Shown: piece after piece, positions 43,225 through 57,770 of the stretch
Numbering within the stretch: position 1 is the first letter of the stretch
How the letters are laid out: each line of letters begins with the position of its first letter
The notes under the pieces: generated by a model
What the model was told of the DNA's origin: nothing
Database searches by the model: none
What the model saw: the letters and a program-made list of their open reading frames with translations, nothing else
Source of the DNA: Eledone cirrhosa
Lineage: Eukaryota
Direction of reading: 5' to 3'
Length of the DNA stretch: 64,000 nt
Assembly: GCA_964016885.1 (NCBI GenBank)
Contig: OZ024743.1
Coordinates: 39,804,001 to 39,868,000 of the forward strand
Program-made: the position numbers and the translations under genes

Positions 43225-43617
43225 TCATCATCATCATCATCATTTTACGTCCGATTTTCCCTGCTTGCAAGGGTGGGACGGGTCTTATTCAGCACAGCAT
43301 CTCTCCACTCGTCACGGTCCCTCGTCATCTCCACCGTGAGCTTCAATGATCTGAGGTCTGTTCTCACCACCTCCGCCCATGTTTTTCGTGGTCTACCTCT
43401 ACCACGTCTTCCTTCAACTGGCATTTCCTGGCACTTCTTCACTCATCGGTCATCCTCCATGCGCATCACATGTCCATACCACCTCAGTCTCCTCTCCCGT
43501 ACACTACATTCTATCCCTCTCAGACACAGTTTCTCTCTAAACACATTTATGCTGGGTCGTTCACGCACATTTACACTGCACATCCAACGGAGCATGCTTG
43601 CCTCATTTCTCTCAGAC
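43222..43617 (-). mobile_element. RTE-clade LINE 3' end with (TGA)n tail
   Basis: EASMLRWMCSV...RRLRWYGHVMRM...VEGRRGRGRPRKTW; stop codon followed directly by (tga)n. Confidence 0.85.
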
Positions 43618-43630
43618 ATACATTTCTCTC

Positions 43631-43682
<52 letters not shown>

Positions 43683-43690
<8 letters not shown>

Positions 43691-44515
43691 CGTAAAATAA
43701 GAAAATTATAAAATTAATTTACTTACTAAAATTTCACTCCCAACTAATTAGTTTCTGAAATGGAATAAATATACTTTCCGAAGAAAATATTTAGAAGCAT
43801 TCGTCGTCAGGGAAGACTATTCTCAGCTAAGTATCCAGGCAAAGCGTGTAATCTGGAAACTTATACAAAAATAATTCAGTGGATAGAAAATAGCAAAGCG
43901 TGGACTGAATTCCTAGCCATTGAGAAAATCACTGCCTCTGCGTCGGTGGCAAATTCAAAAAGAATCAATCACGTGACATCGAGGTCAATCAGGGGAAAGT
44001 GGTTTGTTAATAAGACAGCGGCCTGCCTGCTACCATAGCAGCAGTATTGGCCAATATTGCTCGACAAATAATTTGGAGATAATTATAAAGAATTAATATC
44101 TAGTAACATATATATACATACAGATGCATATCAATGATAGCAAATATATAGTTTTTGTCTTAGTAACTTTGTGGTTCAGTGCATGGGGTTGCAGAACAAT
44201 AATATGAGAGACGTAAAATAAGAAAATTATAAAATTAACTTACTTACTAAAATTTCACTCCCAACTAATTTGTTTCTGAAATGGAATAAATATACCTTCC
44301 GAAGAAAATATGTAGAAGCATTTCGTCGTCAGGGAAGACTATTCTCAGCTAAGTATCCAGGCAAAGCGTGGACTCTGGAAACTTATACAAAAATAATTCA
44401 GTGGATAGAAAATAGCAGAGCGTGGACTGAATTCCTAGCCATTGAGAAAATCACTGCCTCTGCGTCGGTGGGATATTTAAAAAGAATCAATCACCTGACA
44501 TCGAGGTCAATCAGT
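43683..44515 (-). mobile_element. Family E partial tandem, ~520 bp period
   Basis: atgagagacgtaaaataag at ~43683 and ~44203. Confidence 0.8.
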
Positions 44516-44539
44516 TGCATTTTCGATTTCATCTTTTTT

Positions 44540-45903
<1,364 letters not shown>

Positions 45904-45905
45904 AA

Positions 45906-46098
45906 ATTAAAATAACAGATTAAAGTTTAAGCAAAGAATCGCTGCTTTCACCCTTAACCGGATCTTCTGAAATTCCAGTTAAGGGTGAAAGCAGCGGTCC
46001 TTTGCTTAAACTTTAATATGTTATTTTAATAAATATTTGCTCTACGGTTCTTATATATTTGATATATATTTATCCTTATCGAACTCACGATTTTAGTC

Positions 46099-46102
<4 letters not shown>
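45906..46102. mobile_element. Family G hairpin derived from the Naiad-like PLE 3' end
   Basis: Arms ~45906-45958 and ~45978-46030, tail to ~46102; (TA)n flanks. Confidence 0.8.
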
Positions 46103-46147
<45 letters not shown>

Positions 46148-46149
<2 letters not shown>

Positions 46150-46333
46150 GGCGGTGAATTGGCTGTATCGGTAGAGGGTCGGATATGCTTTCTAGCATAG
46201 TTATGTCCCTTTATTATCTGATTTCAAATCCTGCCGAGGTTAACTTTGCCTTTCATCCATATGGGGGCGATAAAATAAAGTACCAGTAATGTACTGGGTA
46301 TTTTCTGGCCTTGTGCCAAAAGTAGAAACAATT
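46148..46333 (+). mobile_element. SINE S1
   Basis: Homology to other S1 copies. Confidence 0.85.
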
Positions 46334-46479
46334 ACTATATATATATATATATATATATAATTTAATGTTACTGTTGCCTCACCAACTTGACACGATATTC
46401 GTAGGTGGGTTTTCGGTTAAATCTAGTACGTGGTGTTAAATATTTTTATGTTAAACTATATATATATATATATATATAG

Positions 46480-49400
46480 ATATAAATATAAACCCAATTT
46501 AAGTGTTTGGGGTGCTAACAATATGTATAATGTGGAAAAACCAGTTGTATTATTTTATGAGATATAATTAAAGTTAAAGTATATCTCTTCCCAAACAATT
46601 GTTTCATTATAAGTTTTCTACAAGTTGGGAGAATGTTTCCATCTTATGTAGAAGCCTAATATATATTCATGTAAGAATATATTTAGGTGGGCACTTATAA
46701 ATCATCAGTAGAAGCCCGTTAAACTTTGATATGAGAAAATAATTTCTTACCGCTGTCAAAAATCGTGTCCGTAAATTTACTCTCTTTCGCCACGAATGAC
46801 CGCCAAATTTGAAATTCCAGCAGTTTTTGGCTGAGAAAGTATCATAGCGACACGAAGCGGGAAGGGGAGACAACCCACGATCCACGAAATGAGGAAAAAA
46901 ACTAATATACACGCGGGTTAATTAGTTTTATTGAAAACATTATCAATACAACGTGTTTAAGAACTCAATTGAAAATTAAAAAATAAATATATGCTTGTAT
47001 AAATTACACACGCATATAGATATTTTCTTATGCTAATTCAGAAGTTGTAGCCGAATAAGAACCGCTTCTCATAACCGCAGTAAATGCAGAAAGTTATGCT
47101 ATAAAGGGCAAATGGGAATATAATTCACCGGCCGAATTAAGAGTAAAATATAAAACACACGCGGGTTAATTAGTTATTTCAAAACCAATATTAATTCCTC
47201 GTGTAAAGAACTCAATTAATAAAAGTAAATAAATAAATTTACGCATGTAATTATATACGTAGGCATATATATATATTTTCTTAGGCTAAAAAACAGAGAA
47301 GTTACAACCAAAAAATAGCCACAATATTTCACAACAGTAATAAATACGGAAAGTCAAATTCATAAGGTACCTGGAAATAAACACCTCTGGCAAATCAAGA
47401 GTAAATATTTAATACAATAACAGAGATAGTTTAAAGCTAAACTCTGACTGGTAACCATCTCCCTCAACAAACATTAGGTTATATTTAAACATAAACCCAA
47501 TTTAAATGTTTGGGGTGCTAACAATATGTATAATGTGGAAAAACCAGTTGTATTATTTTATGAGATATAATTAAAGTTAAAGTATATCTCTTTCCAAACA
47601 ATTGTTTCATTATAAGTTTTCTACAAGTTGGGAGAATGTTTCCAGTTTATGTAGAAGCCTAATATATATTCATGTAAGAATATATTTAGGTGGGCACTTA
47701 TAAATCATCAGTGGAAGCCCGTTAAACTTTGATATAAGAAAATTATTTCTTACCGCTGTCAAAAATCGTGTCCGTAAAGTTACTCTCTCTCTCTCGCCTC
47801 GAATGACCGCCAAATTTGAAATTCCAGCAGTTTTGGTCTGAGGAAGTATCATAGCGACACGAAGCGGGAAGGGGAGACAACCCACGATCCACGAAATGAG
47901 GAAAAAAATAATATACACGCGGGTTCATTAGTTTTTTTGAAAACATTATCAATCCAACGTGTTTAAGAACTCAATTGAAAATAAAAAAATAAATATATGC
48001 TTGTATAAATTACACACGCATATAGATATTTTCTTAGGCTAAATCAGAAGTTGTACCCGAATAAGAACCGCTTCTCATAACCGCAGTAAATGCAGAAAGT
48101 TATGCTATAAAGGGAAAATGGGAATATAATTCTCCGGTCGAATTAAGAGTAAAATATAAAACACACGCGGGTTAATTAGTTATTTCAAAACCAATATTAA
48201 TTCCTCGTGTAAAGAACTCAATTAATAAAAGAAAATAAACAAATATATGCATGTAATTATATACGTAGGCATATATATATATTTTCTTAGGCAAAAAAAC
48301 AGAGAAGTTACAACCCCAAAAATGCCACAATATTTCACAACAGTAATAAATACGGAAAGTCAAATTCATAAGGTACCTGCAAATAAACACCTCTGGCCTA
48401 TCAAGAGTAAATATTTAATGCAATAACAGTGATAGTTTAAAGCTAAACTCTGACTGGTAACCATCTCACTCAACAAACATTAGGTTATATTTAAATATAA
48501 TCCCAATTTAAGTGTTTGGGGGTGCTAACAATATGTATAATGTGGAAAAACCAGTTGTATTATTTTATGAGATATAATTAAAGTTAAAGTATATCTCTTT
48601 CCAAACAATTCTCTCATTATAAGTGTTCTACAAGTTGGAAGAATGTTTCCAGTTTATGTAGAAGCCTAATATATATTCATGTAAGAATATATTTAGGTGG
48701 GCACTTATAAATCATCAGTGGAAGCCCGTTAAACTTTGATATTAGAAAATAATTTCTTACCGCTGTCAAAAATCGTGTCCGTAAAGTTACTCTCTCTCGC
48801 CTCGAATGACCGCCAGATTTGAAATTCCAGTAGTTTGGGGCTGAGGAAGTATCATAGCGACACGAAGCGGGAAGGCGAGACAACCCACGATCCACGAAAT
48901 GAAGAAGAAAATAATATACACGCGGGTTCATTAGTTTTTTTGAAAACATTATCAATCCAACGTGTTTAAGAACTCAATTGAAAATTAAAAAAATAAATAT
49001 ATGCTTGTATAAATTACACACGCATATAGATATTTTCTTAGGCTAAATCAGAAATGGTACCCGAATAAGAACGGCTTCTCATAACCGCACTAAAGGCAGA
49101 AAGTTATGCTATAAAGGGCAAATGGGAATATAATTCTCCGGCCGAATTAAGAGTAAAATATAAAACACACGCGGGTTAATTAGTTATTTCAAAACCAATA
49201 GTAATTCCTCGTGTAAAGAACTCAATTAATAAAAGAAAATAAATAAATATATGCATGTAATTATATACGTAGGCATATATATATATTTTCTTCGGCTAAA
49301 AAACAGAGAAGTTACAACCCCAAAAAAGCCACAATATTTCACAACAGTAATAAATACGGAAAGTCAAATTCATAAGGTACCTGGAAATAAACACCTCTGG

Positions 49401-50003
49401 CCAATCAAGAGTAAATATTTAATACAATAACAGAGATAGTTTAAAGCTAAACTCTGACTGTTAACCATCTCACTCAACAAACATTAGGTTATATTTAAAT
49501 ATAAACCCAATTTAAATATTTGGGGTGCTAACAATATGTATAATGTGGAAAAACCAGTTGTATTATTTTATGAGATATAATTAAAGTTAAAGTATATCTC
49601 TTTCCAAACAATTGTTTCATTATAAGTTTTCTACAAGTTGGGAGAATGTTTCCAGTTTATGTAGAAGCCTAATATATATTCATGTAAGAATATATTTAGT
49701 GGGCACTTATAAATCATCAGTGGAAGCCCGTTAAACTTTTGAATTAATATACACGCGGGTTAAGTAGTTTTTTTGAAAACATTATCAATCCAACGTGTTT
49801 AAGAACTCAATTGAGAATAAAAATTAAATATATGCTTGTATAAATTACACACGCATATAGATATTTTCTTAGGCTGAATCAGAACTTGTACCCGAATAAG
49901 AACCGCTTCTCATAACCGCAGTAAATGCAGAAAGTTATGCTATAAAGGGCAAATGGGAATATAATTCTCCGGCCGAATTAAGAGTAAAATATAAAACACA
50001 CGC
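46480..50003. repeat. Tandem array of ~1004 bp units (~3.5 copies)
   Basis: Unit marker cccaattta near 46491, 47494, 48500 and 49504; fourth copy has an internal deletion near 49740; (TA)n flanks. Confidence 0.9.
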
Positions 50004-50012
50004 ATATATATG

Positions 50013-50074
<62 letters not shown>

Positions 50075-50696
50075 TGTATATGTAATGCTCAGAAGTATTT
50101 TTCTTAGAGCTTAATATTTGTAGATGACTACTAAACTGAAATTATCTGCTCCTACGGTCGAGCTGAATTCATAATCACATATTCACGGCTGTTATTTCTA
50201 GCACCATGGATATGAGCCAGAATGCTGAGAAAGTCGTGTGCAAAAGCACATGTATTAGGCTTGCGACAGATCAGTCTTAAGATACTGTCTTAGGAGAAGT
50301 GATTTTAATTTCTGGGTGCCTACCGTAGATCACAGAAAATTGATTACTCTACTAATAATTATTTTATAAATAGTTGTTCCGTAATTAATTAATTATTTCA
50401 TTAGTATAACTTCCCTTGTGAAACAGGTTTATGTTTTGAAGTTCTGCCCGATCAGCTGAAAAGCTTTGAAGTTTGAAATTTAAACTTGTCTAGGCACCTG
50501 GCAGTTGCCATTTTACGTCTGTAAGTATAGATTTAATATTTAAAATTCTCTAGATCGATACAGACGGACTATATGTACTTGAATTAAGGTATTTCTATCT
50601 GGCTAAAAAATTATTGTCATTTTGCAAAAAAAAAAACAAAAAAAAAACACAGTAGTGTTGATCATATATTTTTTAATTTTTAATTTCTAAATTGTA

Positions 50697-50897
<201 letters not shown>

Positions 50898-51447
50898 CAT
50901 TTATATATATATATATACATATATGTAGGTGGGTAGTTATGTCTATAGACAGAAATATAGTGAGATAGATAGATACGAGGATTTTCAGCAGTTTAACCTA
51001 TTCCAATAATGCGGAAACCATGATCGCGCTTATATATACATACAGAGAGAGAGAGAGAGAGCAAAATGTACGTGGTTCATTACCGTATATAATTTTCATC
51101 CTCACATTAAACGATGTGTAAATTATTGCATCGATTTTGATAGTCAAATTTCAAAGGAGAATGAAAGGATAAAATTTCAGCTCTTTCGTTCAAGAACAAA
51201 ATAAATAATTCAACATTGAAATGGAAAAAAAAATACTAACCTAACCTTCTATATCTACTATATGGAAAATGTTTCTAGGAAAGCAGACGATTCTTACAAC
51301 TGTCAATCTTTAATATTTGAATTTACTCAGCATTTCTGCATCAAAAGAAGTGTAATGACTATATATGTATATGTTGCGTGTATGTACGCTTGTTTCTATT
51401 TATCTATTTATCTATCTACACACACACACACACACTAAAACACACAC

Positions 51448-51510
<63 letters not shown>

Positions 51511-51561
51511 TATACATATATGTATACATATATATATATGCATATACATATATATATATAC

Positions 51562-51685
<124 letters not shown>

Positions 51686-51880
51686 CCCCCCCCCATATAT
51701 ATATATAAATATATATATTGTTATACTTTGGGAGGGTCATGTTGCCAATAAGAAACACACGCACCAGTTGCTTTTACTTCAATTTATTATATATTTATAA
51801 ATTTATAAATTTACAAATCTACAAATTTATAAATTTCTGGTTGGTTGGTTGGTTCCACAACCAGATAGTTGTTTATATAT

Positions 51881-51925
51881 AGTCATAGTCCTTTCGTCAC
51901 ACACTCTGTGACCTCTTCAGTGACT
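51881..51925 (-). ncRNA. Minimal hammerhead, family B, minus arm
   Basis: Minus strand: agtca-CTGAAGA-g gtcaca gagtg tgtgac-GAAA-ggac-TA-tgact. Confidence 0.7.
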
Positions 51926-52009
51926 GGGGATTCCTTTCTTTGTTTCTGTGCCTGAAAATGGCGTAGGACAGAAGAAAGGAAAGGCACAGAAACAAAGAAA
52001 GGAATCCCC

Positions 52010-52054
52010 AGTCACTGAAGAGGTCACATAGTGTGTGACGAAAGGACTATGACT
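52010..52054 (+). ncRNA. Minimal hammerhead, family B, plus arm
   Basis: agtca-CTGAAGA-g gtcaca tagtg tgtgac-GAAA-ggac-TA-tgact. Confidence 0.7.
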
Positions 52055-52200
52055 ATATATAAACAACTATCTGGTTGTGGAACCAACCAACCAACCAACC
52101 AGAAATTTATAAATTTGTAGATTTGTAAACTTATAAATTTATAATTATATAATAAATTGAAGTGAAAGCAACTGGAGCGTGTGTTTCTTATTGGCAACAT

Positions 52201-52648
52201 AAAAGGAACGATCGACGTTCGTCAAATCGGACCGAGGGAACAATGTTTCCATTGGTCTTTCCAATTGCTAATACTATCTATCGGTCGCAACTCCAGGTAG
52301 AAGGAGCAACGTGAAATAAAGTGTCTTGCTCAAGGACATAACGCGTCGCCTGGTCCAGGAATCGAACTCACAACCATACGATTGCGAATCCAATTCTCTA
52401 ACCACTCAGCCACACGCCTTCACTTAAAGGAAGACGATCGACTTTCGTCGAATCGGACCGAGGGAACAATGTTTCCGTCGGTCTTTCCAATTGCTAATAA
52501 TATCTATCGGTCGCAACTCCAGGTAGAAGGAGCAACGTGAAATAAAGTGTCTTGCTCAAGGACATAACGCATCGCCTTGTCCAGGAATCGAACTCACAAC
52601 CTTACGATTGCGAATCCAATTCTCTAACCACTCAGCCACACGCCCTCA
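52201..52648 (-). mobile_element. tRNA-derived SINE family S2, head-to-tail dimer with 7-bp TSD
   Basis: Minus strand: A box tggctgagtgg, B box gagttcgattcc, central tgtccttgagcaagacactt resembling conserved SINE core domains; gcaacat at 52194-52200 and 52649-52655. Confidence 0.85.
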
Positions 52649-52735
52649 GCAACATGACCCTCCCAAAGTATAACAAAATCGGTTTCAACACACGATTTCA
52701 AATAAAGAATCCTGCTAAACAAATTCAGAAACTAA

Positions 52736-52877
<142 letters not shown>

Positions 52878-52893
52878 TTAGTTTCTGAATTTG

Positions 52894-52935
<42 letters not shown>

Positions 52936-52951
52936 TTAGTTTCTGAATTTG

Positions 52952-53030
<79 letters not shown>

Positions 53031-53351
53031 ACTTTGTTTGCACGTTTATTTATCGTTTCGCTTTCGAATCTCCCTCCTGTATTTCGTCGTTTTATCATCA
53101 ACTTTATATATGCTTTTTTAAATTTATATTAACTATTTTTTTTCAGTTCTTTATAACATGCTTATAATATTGGTTGTATCATATTTACTTACATATTTGT
53201 CCATATTATTGTTCGTTTTATGTTAGATTATTTTATTATTATTATGTTAGAATATTTTTTGTATTATTATGTTACACTATTTGTATGTAATTTTTAATTT
53301 GTATGAATTCATCTCTAACAATTATTAAGTAAACTATGTTTATTTAATAAG

Positions 53352-53530
53352 TGTTTCTACTTGTTGGCACAAGGCATTACCCAGTGCATTACTGGTACTT
53401 TATTTTATCGACCTCGTAAGGATGAAAGGCAAAGTTAACCTCGGCGGGATTTTAACTCAGATCATAAAGGGACGTAACTATATGCTTCAAAGCATGGTGT
53501 CCGATTCTCTACCGATACTGCCAATCCACG
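53352..53530 (-). mobile_element. SINE S1
   Basis: Homology to other S1 copies. Confidence 0.85.
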
Positions 53531-53724
53531 GCAATGATTGATTTTTGTAGTTGTTTATATTAAAAGTCTGAAAATATTTGTATACATCTTACAATAATAT
53601 GTGTATGATCATTTATAAAATAACAATTATATAATCTAATTACATTATAACGATAATTTATTATTAATATATAGCATGTTTAACTAGTGTTATGAAAAGT
53701 ATTGCCTTAAAAAAAATATTAAAG

Positions 53725-54128
53725 TAGACCTGAAAAATGCGCAAACTCAAAAATGTGGGACTAGAGTTGCTGCTCCAAAATATTGTAATCAGTATCTATC
53801 GTACACACTGTGGCATCCTTTTATAAAAAAGAGACTCATAACGAACTCAAGACGACACGATAATTATTTAAGCTAATATTGAATATAGAATTCGGTTTAA
53901 GTGAATTTCGTATTAATCATTACTAAACATCTAATATGAGATATTGAACTCAATTAATTATCGTATCGTCTTGAGTTCGTTATGAGTCTCTTTTTTATAA
54001 AAGGATGCCGCAGAGTGTACGATAGATAATGATTACAATATTTTTGAGCAACAACTCTAGTTCCACACTTTTGAAGCGTTATTAGAACATTCTGTGGCTC
54101 TTTTGAGCTTGCGCATTTTTCAGGTCTA
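53725..54128. repeat. Family H inverted repeat
   Basis: ~53725-53866 is the reverse complement of ~53955-54128, with an internal deletion in the left arm. Confidence 0.8.
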
Positions 54129-54227
54129 ATGGATATATATATATATATATATATGTATGTATACGTACATACATATATGTATACAGACGTACAGTAGTAT
54201 GTATATATATAAACATACATGCACACT

Positions 54228-54268
<41 letters not shown>

Positions 54269-54382
54269 GGGTTTATCGAACATTGATTATAATGCTCGGT
54301 TTGTTTGTAAACAAAAAACACGAATTAAGCCGTACAGTGTTTAGCAACCATCGCTGCCCTTTTGTTCAACACTGACAAAGGA

Positions 54383-54425
54383 ACGATGTACTAGTTTCAA
54401 GCTTATTAGCTATCGTCAGCATCGT
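54383..54425 (-). ncRNA. Minimal hammerhead, family I (intact)
   Basis: Reverse complement of 55094-55136; the middle copy 54810-54852 carries core mutations. Confidence 0.85.
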
Positions 54426-55093
54426 ATACCTTCCTGCCAGATGATTGAACGTCTGAAAGTATATACTTTCCTTATGCATATTAACGGCTGAGAAGCCTAA
54501 TTTGCATATCGAGTGTGTTAGTCGGCTAAGCTCACCGAGAACGATAAATGGAAAAAATGAAACGAAATATTATACCTCACTCTTAGTACGGCCGTTACTT
54601 AAATATAAGTATGTATACGTACATACATATATGTATACAGACGTACAATAGTATGTATATATATAAATACATGCGCACATATATATATGTACGTATGGGT
54701 TTACCGAACTTTTATTATAATGCTCGGTTTGTTTTTAAACAAAAAGCCCGAATTAAGCCGTACAGTGTTTAGCAACCATCGTTGCCTTTTGTTCAAAACT
54801 GACAAAGGAACGATGTATTAGTATCAAGCTTATTAGCTATTGTCAGCATCGTATACCTTCCTGCCAGATGATTGAACGTCTGAAAGTATATACTTTCCTT
54901 ATGCATATTAACGGCTGAGCAGCCTAATATGCATATCGAGTGAGTAAGTCGGCCGAGCGCACCGAAACAATAATTGAAAAAAATGAAACGAAATTTCATT
55001 TCTCCCTCGATATGCGAATTAGGCTGCTCAGCCGTTAATATGCACAAGGAAAGTATATACTTTCAGACGTTCAATCATCTGGCAGGAAGGTAT

Positions 55094-55136
55094 ACGATGC
55101 TGACGATAGCTAATAAGCTTGAAACTAGTACATCGT
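55094..55136 (+). ncRNA. Minimal hammerhead, family I (intact)
   Basis: acgatg-CTGACGA-t agct aata agct t-GAAA-ctag-TA-catcgt. Confidence 0.85.
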
Positions 55137-55211
55137 TCCTTTGTCAGTGCTGAACAAAAGGGTAACGATGGTTGTTAAACACTCTACGGCTTAATTCGGG
55201 CTGTTTGTTTG

Positions 55212-55384
<173 letters not shown>

Positions 55385-55415
55385 GAGGGAGGGAGAGAGA
55401 GAGAGAGAGATATAT

Positions 55416-55482
<67 letters not shown>

Positions 55483-55679
55483 ACACTTTTAATAGTTCCG
55501 CAAATATACTTTGTTACATGTTCTGTGAAATCCTCAATATTATTTGGTCAGCAACAAAGTTTCATCTCATTTTTGGTCTTAATCCGTTTCCTCCAATAAG
55601 GAATCCTATTGAGGAGGTCACAGAATTAATAATAAAGCTACAGTGAATGTCTTAGGACAGTATAGCATATCTACGAAAA

Positions 55680-56850
55680 CCTCATAGAATAGCTCATCTA
55701 AAACTGCGGATTTGCGACTCATGCAGCCCGAATCTCGGCTGAAGTCAACAGCGTTTCGCAGCGCTCAGCATCGGTTGGCGAGAGACGCTGTAGGTCATCA
55801 AGTTGGGGACTGAAATCCTGCTACAGTCTCCGGCCACGAACAGAGTAAAGTACTGGCAAAAGGCCTCACACTTCTCCCTGGATTCGTTCAGCTCGCATTC
55901 GTTTCGTTCAGTCTAAAACCGGATTGTGATTTTGATACATGTGTCTCTTCGACGTGGCCGCATCGAACAGCTTTGGTCACTTAGAGCAACCTGCATGTTT
56001 CGCATTGAAGAAATTGTTTAATGCCATTCTCGTTGCTAGCATGTCTTTTGCAATGCCACCATAAACAGCCTCATCTCATTTAACTACCAGCTCCCCCTTA
56101 TTTATATTTTTCTCTAACGATATTTATTTGATAAAAGCTATTGAAATTACTGTAATCTTTCCTTAGAGAGCCACTACCTGTTGTTGATGATCCCTGTCAA
56201 CATTTGCTTCATTAAATTATTGAACCGGTCCCTGTAAGCCTCACAAGCGATATGTTCAGCTTCGTGTAACCAGTTCCCAATCTGCACGTCTAAACTAGGT
56301 CAACCACATAGTGCACAAACTTGGGATATGAATAATGAACCTGTTGACAGTGTGGACACCCCATATTAATCTTATTTATATAAGATGTAGATGACCTTAT
56401 GCTGTACAGCCAGGGCCACATTGAGGCACCAAGTAAATGCAGTCAGTACCTGTCAGAGTGTTGGAACTGGCTGATAAGTTATTTGTGGCTATTGCACCCC
56501 ACGCTCCTATTAACTACTCGCACATAATGCCAGCGTGCAGCTAAGATGCGATTTCATCCCCCGCTAACAGTAAAAGGCATCACATCCGCTATAGCTCAAG
56601 TCCAGTAGCATCAGCGTACAGTCCGAGTACCGGAAGACCGACATTACCTCGAGATCCAGATTTTTCCTAAACAGCACTGCCTCCCCACCTCCAGTCGACT
56701 AAAAGATGCGAAAATATGATAGTCATCGAAAATAGGGACTACTGCGTGCGTGTCAAAACTCCTGGGTTCGTTAACGGCATAACTAGTGACCTGAGTACGT
56801 TCATCAGGCGATCCTGCTCCCAGGACGACCACAGGCGACGAATATTCAAG
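55680..56850 (-). mobile_element. Highly degenerate Tx1/L1-like LINE (APE endonuclease and linker remnants)
   Basis: AVNEPR...YHIFASF...AVLFRKNLDLEV...LMLLDL; CEAFCQYF...LQRLSPTDAERCETLLTSAEIRAA. Confidence 0.5.
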
Positions 56851-57672
56851 TACCCTACTATTAAGTTGAGCATGATATCAGAGTAAAAGAGAGAGGAAAA
56901 GATTTACAATCCTCCCCGGGGTTTATGAAGGTGAAGCAGTTTGAACTCCATGTTTGGTGTGGTTTCCGTTAGAAAACATTTCAAGATACAATGTGTGGCA
57001 TTATCATTCGGGGTACCCATATATCTAGGAAAGCTCTTTCTAATCCCTAAAGAAGAAGAAGAAGAAGAAGATGAAGATGAAGATGAAGTAGAGGAAGTCG
57101 ATGACAAGAACAATAACGATAACAAATATTATTTTCCAACAATAAGTAGAAATCTCGAAATTGCTGAGAAAGAAAAATATGTTTGTTGTCTGGTGATGCT
57201 GGAGTGGAAGAGAATAAGAGAATGGGGGAATAAGAGAATAAGTAATGTTCTTTTATGGTAAGCAAGACTTGTAGAACCAATGTTCCTTTTATTGATTACT
57301 TGAAAGATTTATTTTCTCAATAGAACCGGATTTATCCAATATCCATCAATTACAATCCAATACAATGAGAGTGAATGGAATTCTATTAGAAAATAAAATA
57401 AATAAAATAAAATGAAATAAAATAAAAAGAATGGATGTAAAGAATGAAAATAATGAAAGAATGAATAAAAGAATAAACGTCTGAAATATTTCAATATATA
57501 GGTGAATAGAGAGATAGAAAAGATTGGTTCTTTAACGTGGGTTTGGTATGGTTTGGTGTTGGTTTTAGTTTAGTTTAGTTCATGTCTGATTTGGCGTTGA
57601 ATGTCTACAATAACGTTATTGAATATTATGAAATTGTGTGTGTATATGACGATGTGCGAGAGAGAGAGTTGC

Positions 57673-57770
<98 letters not shown>

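Noticed and set aside
46650-46715. CTGATGA (minus) and CTGAGGA (plus) within the 1 kb array units
   Set aside because: Followed by GAAT or GAAG rather than GAAA, and no stem I closes the motif.
46480-50003. CRISPR-like or prokaryotic system
   Set aside because: No short repeat-spacer array, no cas genes and no operon-like coding density; the context is eukaryotic.
56904-57047. Possible minus-strand exon after a pyrimidine tract ending in AG
   Set aside because: The tract is a (TTC)n microsatellite, the peptide is not recognised and there are no partner exons.
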